Assembly: GCA_013298895.1 (NCBI GenBank)
Contig: JAAFJM010000006.1
Span: forward strand, 27,673 to 91,672
DNA length: 64,000 nucleotides
Source of the DNA: Bacteroidota bacterium
GTDB taxonomy: Bacteria > Bacteroidota > Bacteroidia > UKL13-3
Direction: 5' to 3'
Below the pieces are notes generated by a model. The model was not told where the DNA came from and ran no database searches. It saw nothing but the letters and a program-made list of their open reading frames with translations. This document shows positions 56,355 to 64,000 of the stretch, in pieces; the stretch's first letter is position 1, and every line of letters starts with the position of its first letter. The translations under genes and the position numbers were made by a program.

Positions 56355-59174
56355 ATGCCTAAAGATACCAGCCTTAAATCAGTACTTATTATTGGAAGTG
56401 GACCTATTATTATTGGTCAAGCATGCGAATTTGATTATTCGGGAAGCCAAGCCGCTCGTTCATTAAAAGAAGAAGGAATTGAAGTTACCTTAATTAACTC
56501 CAACCCTGCTACTATTATGACAGATAAGGTTACAGCAGATAATGTGTACTTATTACCATTAACAGTTGAAAGTATTGAACAAATTTTAAAAGAGCGCCAC
56601 ATTGATGCAGTTTTACCAACTATGGGAGGTCAAACAGCGTTAAATTTAGCTATTGAAGCCGATGAAATTGGGCTTTGGGCAAAATACAATGTGCGCATGA
56701 TTGGGGTTGATATTGATGCCATTAACACTACCGAAAACCGCGAGTTATTCCGCCAAAAAATGATCGACATTGGGGTGCCCGTTGCACAATCAAAAGTGGC
56801 AAACTCATTTTTAGAAGGAAAAGAAATTGCACAAACAATTGGTTTTCCGTTAGTTATACGCCCTTCATTTACATTAGGTGGAACAGGTGGAGGATTTGTA
56901 CTTGATAAATCGGAATTAGATGCTGCTTTAAAACGTGGTTTGGAAGCTTCGCCAACTCACGAGGTGTTGGTTGAAAAAGCATTATTTGGTTGGCAAGAAT
57001 ATGAATTAGAGTTATTGCGCGATAAAAATAATAACGTAACAGTAATTTGTACCATTGAAAATTTTGACCCAATGGGAATTCATACTGGTGATTCAATTAC
57101 AGTGGCTCCAGCCATGACATTGAGTGACAGTACTTACCAACGCATGCGCGATATGGCTATACACATGATGCGCAGTATAGGAAACTTTACAGGTGGATGT
57201 AATGTTCAATTTGCTGTAAACCCTGAAGACGAGCAAATTATATCCGTTGAAATTAACCCTCGTGTTTCGCGTTCATCGGCATTAGCAAGTAAAGCAACTG
57301 GTTATCCAATTGCAAAAATTGCAGCTAAATTGGCAATTGGTTATCATTTAGATGAACTAAAAAACCCTGTAACAAAAACTACTTCAGCATTTTTTGAACC
57401 TGCCATTGATTATGTTATTGTAAAAGTACCACGTTGGAACTTTGATAAATTTAAAGGTGCTGATAAAACTTTAGGCTTACAAATGAAATCGGTAGGCGAA
57501 ACCATGGGAATTGGCAGAACATTTACCGAGGCACTACAAAAAGCCATTCAATCGTTAGAAATTAAACGCAATGGTTTAGGTGCCGATGGATACGAACAAA
57601 AGAAATTAGAGGATATAGTTGACAAATTAAAAAACCCAAGTTGGGATAGAATATTTGCAGTAAAAGATGCCTTGAGTTTAGGGGTTCCTATTTCATCGGT
57701 AGAGAAAATGACGCGTATTAGCCGTTGGTTCTTAAACCAAATTAGCGATATGGTGCATTTAGAAAATACAGCCAAACGTTTTAACGTAACCAATATGCCT
57801 AAAGAGGTAATGATTGAGTTAAAACAAAAAGGATATAGCGATGCGCAAATAGCACATTTATTAGGCGGAAATACTGTAGAAGATGATGTTTGGAACTTGC
57901 GCACGCAAATGAATGTGAAGCGTGTTTATAAAATGGTAGATACTTGTGCTGCCGAGTTTCCATCGCCAACCAACTATTTTTACTCAAGCTTTGACCAAGA
58001 AGACGAAAGCATAGTTAGTGATAAAAAGAAAGTAATTGTTTTAGGTTCAGGACCTAATAGAATTGGCCAAGGAATTGAATTTGATTATTGCTGCGTTCAT
58101 GGACTTTTAGCTTCAAAGGAATGTGGTTATGAAGCAATCATGATTAACTGTAATCCAGAAACAGTTTCAACCGACTTTGACATGGCTGACAAATTATATT
58201 TCGAGCCAATTTTCTGGGAACACATCCGCGAGATTATAGAAAAAGAAAAACCAGAAGGTGTAATTGTTCAATTAGGAGGTCAAACTGCACTTAAATTAGC
58301 TCGTAAATTACATGAACATGGTATCAAAATTATAGGAACCAGTTTCCCTGATATGGATTTATCGGAAGATAGAGGTTCTTTCTCAGATTTATTAAAAGAA
58401 TTAGATATTCCTTATCCAAATTATGGTGTGGCCGAAGATGCTGACGAAGCCATTGCGGTTGCAAAATTAGTAGGTTACCCGGTTTTGGTTCGCCCAAGTT
58501 ATGTATTAGGCGGACAAGGAATGAAAATTGTAATCAATGATGAGGATTTGGAAAAAGCTGTAATTGATTTATTGGGCGATTTACCTGGAAACCGTGTATT
58601 AATTGATCATTTTTTAGATAGAGCAGAAGAAGCAGAAATTGATTTGATTTGCGATGGTGAAACTGTTCATATTATAGGAATGATGGAACACATAGAACCT
58701 GCTGGTATTCATAGTGGTGATTCAAGTGCGGTATTACCTCCATTTAGCTTGAGCGAAAATGTTCAAAAACAAATGGAAGATATTGCCACTAAACTAGCCT
58801 TTAAAATGAATATTAGAGGTTTGATGAATATGCAATTTGCCATTAAAAACGAAAAGGTGTATGTAATTGAAGCTAATCCTCGCTCTAGTAGAACCGTTCC
58901 GTTTATAGCCAAAGCTTATGGAATAGCATATGTAAATATTGCTACTAAAATAATGTTAGGCCAAAATAAATTAACAGACTTTACTTTTGAAAGAAAGCTT
59001 ACTGGTTACGCAATAAAAGAGCCAGTATTTTCGTTCAATAAATTCCCGAATGTGAATAAGGAATTAGGCCCTGAGATGAAAAGTACCGGAGAAGCCATTA
59101 GATTTATAAAAGATTTGAACGACCCTCATTTCCGCCAATTAAGAAGTGAGAAGAGCATGTTCTTAAGTAAATAA
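56355..59174 (+). CDS. carB: Carbamoyl-phosphate synthase large subunit (short form)
   Basis: IGSGPIIIGQACEFDYSG, two ATP-grasp halves, GSGPNRIGQGIEFDY, GPEMKSTGE. Confidence 0.97.
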   Translation: MPKDTSLKSVLIIGSGPIIIGQACEFDYSGSQAARSLKEEGIEVTLINSNPATIMTDKVTADNVYLLPLTVESIEQILKERHIDAVLPTMGGQTALNLAIEADEIGLWAKYNVRMIGVDIDAINTTENRELFRQKMIDIGVPVAQSKVANSFLEGKEIAQTIGFPLVIRPSFTLGGTGGGFVLDKSELDAALKRGLEASPTHEVLVEKALFGWQEYELELLRDKNNNVTVICTIENFDPMGIHTGDSITVAPAMTLSDSTYQRMRDMAIHMMRSIGNFTGGCNVQFAVNPEDEQIISVEINPRVSRSSALASKATGYPIAKIAAKLAIGYHLDELKNPVTKTTSAFFEPAIDYVIVKVPRWNFDKFKGADKTLGLQMKSVGETMGIGRTFTEALQKAIQSLEIKRNGLGADGYEQKKLEDIVDKLKNPSWDRIFAVKDALSLGVPISSVEKMTRISRWFLNQISDMVHLENTAKRFNVTNMPKEVMIELKQKGYSDAQIAHLLGGNTVEDDVWNLRTQMNVKRVYKMVDTCAAEFPSPTNYFYSSFDQEDESIVSDKKKVIVLGSGPNRIGQGIEFDYCCVHGLLASKECGYEAIMINCNPETVSTDFDMADKLYFEPIFWEHIREIIEKEKPEGVIVQLGGQTALKLARKLHEHGIKIIGTSFPDMDLSEDRGSFSDLLKELDIPYPNYGVAEDADEAIAVAKLVGYPVLVRPSYVLGGQGMKIVINDEDLEKAVIDLLGDLPGNRVLIDHFLDRAEEAEIDLICDGETVHIIGMMEHIEPAGIHSGDSSAVLPPFSLSENVQKQMEDIATKLAFKMNIRGLMNMQFAIKNEKVYVIEANPRSSRTVPFIAKAYGIAYVNIATKIMLGQNKLTDFTFERKLTGYAIKEPVFSFNKFPNVNKELGPEMKSTGEAIRFIKDLNDPHFRQLRSEKSMFLSK

Positions 59175-59214
59175 AAAACAAAAAGCCACTTTTAAAAAGT
59201 GGCTTTTTGTTTTT
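59174..59214. terminator. Bidirectional terminator between carB and the phosphomutase gene
   Basis: AAAAACAAAAAGCCACTTTT-A-AAAAGTGGCTTTTTGTTTTT. Confidence 0.9.
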
Positions 59215-59215
59215 A

Positions 59216-60619
59216 TTAAGCTAATAAAACTGCTTTGGTTGCATCTAATATGGCAGTAGCTTTATCGTTAGTGCTCGATTCGCTGTATACACGCAATACA
59301 GGTTCGGTTCCACTAGCACGAATCATAACCCATTCGCCATTTCCTAAATGGAATTTAAATCCATCTAAGTCTTCGGTTTTTTCTATTTTATAGTTTCCAA
59401 ACTGTGTGTATTTTCCTGCTTTGCAATTAGCCAAAACAGTTTGTTTAATTTCTTCGGTTATGTGTAAGTCAATTCTGCCCATTGCAAAACTTCCTACTAC
59501 GTCATAAACTTCTTGAATTAATTCGTCTAAGGTTTTGCCAGTTTTAGCCATAAATTCCCAAAGGGTTAAGCCAATCCAAATACCATCACGCTCAGGAATA
59601 AAGCCTTTAATAGCAATTCCACCACTTTCCTCGCCACCTACTAATACATTTTCAGTAACCATTTTTTCGCAAATATATTTAAACCCAATTTTGGTAATTT
59701 CGACTGGCAAACCATAAGCTTCGGCTAGTTTGGTAATTTTTGAAGTAGCACTAAAAGTAGTAATTACTTTACCATCCATACCTTTGTATTTATGCAAGTA
59801 ATGAACCAATAAAAGTATAATATGGTGCGAATCTACAAACTCACCTTTGCCGTTGTATAAACCGATTCTATCAGCATCCCCATCAGTTACCAAGCCGCAG
59901 TCAATTTCTTCGCTAATGCGAATTAACTCACTGAACTCAGTTAAATTTTTATGGATAGGTTCAGGAGCTTGTCCATCAAAACCAGGGTTATAATCGCAAT
60001 GCAACATGGTAATTTCAGGAAAAACCCTACGCATTACATTTTGTCCTGCACCATACATGGCATCGTAAGCAAATTCAAACTTGCTTTCTTTTATAAGTTT
60101 TAAATCAAATTTGCTTTCTACCTCGTTTACATACATGGTTTCAAGGTCGGCATAAGTTACCATGCCTTCGCTTACCAAAGTATCAATACTTTTTAAAGGT
60201 AAACTAAATATTTCTGGAATTGCATTTTCAACTGCATCAATCACAGCAGGGCTGCTTGGTCCTCCATAATGTGCTTTTAGTTTAAAACCATTATAAGCCG
60301 GTGGATTATGACTAGCAGTAATAATTACTCCTAATGCTGCGCCATGTTTTACAGCACCTAAACTAATCATAGGTGTGCTCACAAAACCTTTAGCCATTAT
60401 TACTTTAATGCCATTGGCACATAAAACTTTTGCGGTAGTTTCAGCAAAAAGCTCACCTGCAAAACGGCAATCGTGGCCTAACACTACGGTTAAATTATTA
60501 GCAAAATTTGCTTTAACATATTCAGCTGTTCCTTGTGCTACACGCTTTACATTTTCAACAGTAAATTCATCGGCTATAATACCTCGCCAACCGTCAGTTC
60601 CAAATTTTATTATGTACAT
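59216..60619 (-). CDS. Phosphoglucomutase/phosphomannomutase family protein
   Basis: FGTDGWRG, TASHNP, DGDADR, GGEESGG, RASGTEP. Confidence 0.95.
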   Translation of the reverse strand: MYIIKFGTDGWRGIIADEFTVENVKRVAQGTAEYVKANFANNLTVVLGHDCRFAGELFAETTAKVLCANGIKVIMAKGFVSTPMISLGAVKHGAALGVIITASHNPPAYNGFKLKAHYGGPSSPAVIDAVENAIPEIFSLPLKSIDTLVSEGMVTYADLETMYVNEVESKFDLKLIKESKFEFAYDAMYGAGQNVMRRVFPEITMLHCDYNPGFDGQAPEPIHKNLTEFSELIRISEEIDCGLVTDGDADRIGLYNGKGEFVDSHHIILLLVHYLHKYKGMDGKVITTFSATSKITKLAEAYGLPVEITKIGFKYICEKMVTENVLVGGEESGGIAIKGFIPERDGIWIGLTLWEFMAKTGKTLDELIQEVYDVVGSFAMGRIDLHITEEIKQTVLANCKAGKYTQFGNYKIEKTEDLDGFKFHLGNGEWVMIRASGTEPVLRVYSESSTNDKATAILDATKAVLLA

Positions 60620-60880
60620 ATTTTTAATGTTTAATTATATCACTGCAAAAAAGTAAAAAATATTACAAAATACTGCTATACATTGTCAGTTATTTTAATG
60701 ACAGTGTCTAATATACTAAAAAGCGGTTTTTATGTTATTCTAAATTAGTTCTAATTATTTTTTAGTATAAAATGTAAGAATAACTTATCTTTGAAGACCT
60801 TTAATTTTTTTCTTAGCTAAGCCCTTTCAAAAGCCGTAGCCCTGTAAAACAATTTGGGGCAATAAACTTAATAATAAATA

Positions 60881-61420
60881 ATGGCCAAATCACAAGAAAC
60901 TTTTAGTAAAAAAGAAAAAGAAAAATTAAAACTTAAGAAAAGAAAAGAAAAAGAGGAAAAACGTGAAGAACGTAAAGCCAATGCGGTAAAAGGTCAAAGT
61001 TTAGAAGACATGATGGCATATGTTGACGAAAATGGAAATATAACCAATACCCCTCCTGACCCCAAAAAGAGAAGAGTTGTAAATGCTGAAGATATGCTTA
61101 TTGGAGTAGCAAAACAAGTGGCAGCAGAACCTCAAGATCTTATACGTAAAGGCGTTGTTTCGTTCTTTAACGAATCAAAAGGCTATGGTTTTATTAAAGA
61201 TTTAAAAACACAAGACAGCGTATTTGTGCACATAAATGGTATTTTAGATAAAGTAAAAGAAGGCGATAAAGTAACTTTTGAAACAGAAATGACTCATAAA
61301 GGGGCTAGTGCAGTAAAAGTTAAATTAGAAGTAGTAGAGAAAGTTAAACCTATTGAAAAATTAGAGGAGATAAAAACAGAAGAATTACCTATTATTAAAA
61401 CTGATTCATCAGAAGCATAA
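60881..61420 (+). CDS. Cold-shock domain protein with Lys/Glu-rich N-terminal extension
   Basis: GVVSFFNESKGYGFI (RNP1), VFVH (RNP2); N-terminal AYVDENGNITNTPPDP segment. Confidence 0.92.
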   Translation: MAKSQETFSKKEKEKLKLKKRKEKEEKREERKANAVKGQSLEDMMAYVDENGNITNTPPDPKKRRVVNAEDMLIGVAKQVAAEPQDLIRKGVVSFFNESKGYGFIKDLKTQDSVFVHINGILDKVKEGDKVTFETEMTHKGASAVKVKLEVVEKVKPIEKLEEIKTEELPIIKTDSSEA

Positions 61421-61480
61421 GATAATTTAACATTTTTTAAAGATAGTAATCTTATAATTTAGTACTTAATTGCTTTGATT

Positions 61481-61527
61481 TTTCATAAAAAGCGACACTA
61501 TGTTAAAGTGTCGCTTTTTTTATGAAA
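61481..61527. terminator. Bidirectional terminator between the cold-shock and FAH-family genes
   Basis: AAAAAGCGACACT-ATGTTAA-AGTGTCGCTTTTT, extended by TTTCAT/ATGAAA. Confidence 0.85.
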
Positions 61528-61529
61528 GT

Positions 61530-62537
61530 TTAAATTCCTTTTTTCAATGCAAGAATAGAAAAATCGGTATTTACCTTTTTAATATTGTTAGTTAATTTTC
61601 CTAAGCCAGTAATTTCCATATCAACTATATCTCCATCTTGTAGCCATTGAGGCTTAAAGTTTTTATCATTCAATAGACCAGTGCCGTTTAATTCTAAAAA
61701 GCATCCTGTCCCCACTGTTCCGCTTCCTATTACATCTCCAGGTAAAATATCAACGCCATAGGCGCAACGTTCTAGTATTTCGGCAAACGTCCAGTCCATA
61801 TCGGCTACATTTCCCTCACTTACTAAAACCCCATTTACCCAACATTTCATACTTAAATTGTAGGTATTGCCAACATGATTAGGCTTAGCTGGTACTTTGT
61901 ATTGCTCTAGTTCGTCTGGGGTTACAAAATATGGACCAATAACAGTTGAAAAATCTTTTCCTTTAGCCGGTCCAAGGTTTAATAACATTTCTTCCATTTG
62001 CAAAGTGCGGGCACTCATATCGTTCATAATCATATAACCTGCAATGTATTCATCTGCTTCACTTGCTTTAATATTACGGCCCTTTTTACCAACAACAATT
62101 GCGGCTTCCAATTCAAAATCTAGCTTTTGAAAATGATCTGGCATGCAATCTATTTGGCCAGGACCTTGAATGGCATTATGATTGGTAAAATAAAATATTG
62201 GATATTGGTCAAACTCTTCAATCATTGGCACTCCACGATTTCTTCTTGCTGCTGCCACATGTTGCCTAAATGCATACCCATCTCTACAAGAGGTAGGTTG
62301 AGGAACTGGGGCTTCTAAAATAACATCCGATTCTAAGGTAAAAGGTTTTTCTACTTTACCTAATTTTATTTGAGCATCCCAGTTTTTAGCTTTTTCCATT
62401 ACTTGTTCCCCTGCAAATAAAAATTTGCGCATTTTATCAGGAAAGGAAGAATCTAAATCTTTAAGTGCCCAAATTTTACCATCGTGAATAATACCTAACT
62501 GAGAGGATTTATTGTGTATATATGTAACTAATTTCAT
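61530..62537 (-). CDS. Fumarylacetoacetate hydrolase family protein
   Basis: RDGYAFRQH, LDFELE, NDMSAR, KGKDF, PGDVIGSGTV; ATG at 62537. Confidence 0.92.
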   Translation of the reverse strand: MKLVTYIHNKSSQLGIIHDGKIWALKDLDSSFPDKMRKFLFAGEQVMEKAKNWDAQIKLGKVEKPFTLESDVILEAPVPQPTSCRDGYAFRQHVAAARRNRGVPMIEEFDQYPIFYFTNHNAIQGPGQIDCMPDHFQKLDFELEAAIVVGKKGRNIKASEADEYIAGYMIMNDMSARTLQMEEMLLNLGPAKGKDFSTVIGPYFVTPDELEQYKVPAKPNHVGNTYNLSMKCWVNGVLVSEGNVADMDWTFAEILERCAYGVDILPGDVIGSGTVGTGCFLELNGTGLLNDKNFKPQWLQDGDIVDMEITGLGKLTNNIKKVNTDFSILALKKGI

Positions 62538-62619
62538 AAATTTTTGTACCAATTAAAAATTCAAATATAAAATCATTTAAGTGTATTAAACTACATGAAT
62601 TTTATTGGGCAAAACTAAT

Positions 62620-64000
62620 TTATTCTAAAATCATATTATCGCCAAATGCAGGAATTGTAATATGTTTAAATCCTGCATCTAATAAATGTTCTTTATAGTG
62701 AACCTGCGTTGGGTATTCGCCATGTACTAAAAAAATGTTTCTAACTTTACTTTTATTTTGGCAATTTAAATATTGAATCATTTCATGGTAATCGCCATGA
62801 GCACTGTAAGAATCCATTATAACTACATCGGCATACACTTGATGTTCTTCGCCAAATATTCTAATGGTTTTATCTCCATTGCGTAGCTTACCTCCAGTAG
62901 AATGCGGCTCAGCATAACCTACTATTAAAATAGTGTTTTTAGGATTACCAATATTATTTGCTACATGGTGTTTTATGCGTCCAGCTTCGATCATACCCGA
63001 TGCAGATATAATAATACATGGTCCTTTTATTTCGTTTAATTTTTTCGAATCCTCTACACTTTGAACATAAATAAGATTATTGAATCCAAAAGGATCATCA
63101 TCTTTTTTCATGTAAGCTAATATATCTTCGTTAAAACACTCTTCATGTTCACGCATAATATTAGTGGCATTTATTGATAATGGACTATCAACATAAACAG
63201 TTATTTTGGGTAGTTTTTTAAGTGTTGCTAATTGATCAAGTGCATATACTATTTCTTGCGTTCTACCAAGGCTAAAGGCTGGAATAATTAGCTTGCCTTT
63301 TTTTACCACACAAGTGTTATGAACTACTTCTAAAAGCTGCTCTTCGCTCATGGTATTATTGCTATGTAATCTATCGCCATAAGTTGATTCAGCTATGATA
63401 TAATCTGCCTGAGGAAAAGGTTGAGGGTCTTTTAAAATAGAACCGTTATAACGACCAATATCTCCAGTAAAAGTTAAATGTCTTGTTTTATGTCCTTCTT
63501 TGTATTTTAAATTAATGGCAGCACTTCCTAAAATATGGCCCGAATCGGTAAATGTTACCCAAACCTGATTACAAACTTTGTACTCGTTTCCATAGGGTAC
63601 ACAAATAATTTGCTTTAAAGCTTGCTCTACATCATCAATATCATAAAGTGGTTCAAGCGGTTCTTCACCTCTTTTTATTCTTCGCTTGTTTACAAACTTT
63701 AAATCGTTTATTTGTATATGAGCACTATCCGAAAGCATTATTTTACATAAATCTGCTGTGGCAGGTGTACAAATGATGGGGCCTGAAAAGCCTTGTTTAA
63801 CCAAGTTTGGAATATTCCCTGAGTGGTCAATATGGGCGTGCGAAAGAATTAGGTAATCAATTTTACTGGCCTCAAAGCCTAAAATACGGTTTTTATCGCC
63901 TTCGCCACTTCCTTTTCCTTGAAATAAACCACAGTCTAATAAAATATTTTTGTTATCAATAGTAGTAAGCAAATGCTTGCTGCCTGTAACAGTTTGTGCT
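62620..64000 (-). CDS. Metallo-beta-lactamase/beta-CASP RNase (5' end outside the window)
   Basis: Frame is open to the window edge (AQTVTGSKHLL); LDCGLFQG, SHAHIDHSG, GHILGS, ESTYGDR, YSAHGD, LVHGE. Confidence 0.93.
   Translation of the reverse strand, partial: AQTVTGSKHLLTTIDNKNILLDCGLFQGKGSGEGDKNRILGFEASKIDYLILSHAHIDHSGNIPNLVKQGFSGPIICTPATADLCKIMLSDSAHIQINDLKFVNKRRIKRGEEPLEPLYDIDDVEQALKQIICVPYGNEYKVCNQVWVTFTDSGHILGSAAINLKYKEGHKTRHLTFTGDIGRYNGSILKDPQPFPQADYIIAESTYGDRLHSNNTMSEEQLLEVVHNTCVVKKGKLIIPAFSLGRTQEIVYALDQLATLKKLPKITVYVDSPLSINATNIMREHEECFNEDILAYMKKDDDPFGFNNLIYVQSVEDSKKLNEIKGPCIIISASGMIEAGRIKHHVANNIGNPKNTILIVGYAEPHSTGGKLRNGDKTIRIFGEEHQVYADVVIMDSYSAHGDYHEMIQYLNCQNKSKVRNIFLVHGEYPTQVHYKEHLLDAGFKHITIPAFGDNMILE

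Overview
AT-rich chromosomal window from a Bacteroidota bacterium. The assignment rests on porV, two T9SS cargo proteins, the panC/GT5/DUF4270/glmS cluster and TAnnTTTG-type -7 promoter boxes. Most of it is housekeeping and metabolic genes (infB partial, kbl, ftsH, porV, ispF, radA, sucD, kmo, tdk, glmS, panC, hemW, aspS, carB), with one tRNA-Arg(CCT), two TPR sensor kinases, an iron-uptake TonB receptor and several outer-membrane or secreted proteins. I see no CRISPR array, integrase, transposase or prophage. The most striking unexplained structure is an AAA-ATPase/wHTH/PD-(D/E)xK (DUF4143-type) gene bracketed by two copies of a 48-bp direct repeat, each holding a long palindrome. Other notable items are prion-like YQGNN repeats in IF2, infB detached from nusA, a tRNA directly behind a terminator, tandem REP-like palindromes, a GC-rich structured intergenic element, a secreted esterase-fold protein lacking the catalytic Ser, and a TonB domain with a C-terminal anchor. 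Family assignments come from motif recognition by eye, not database searches.
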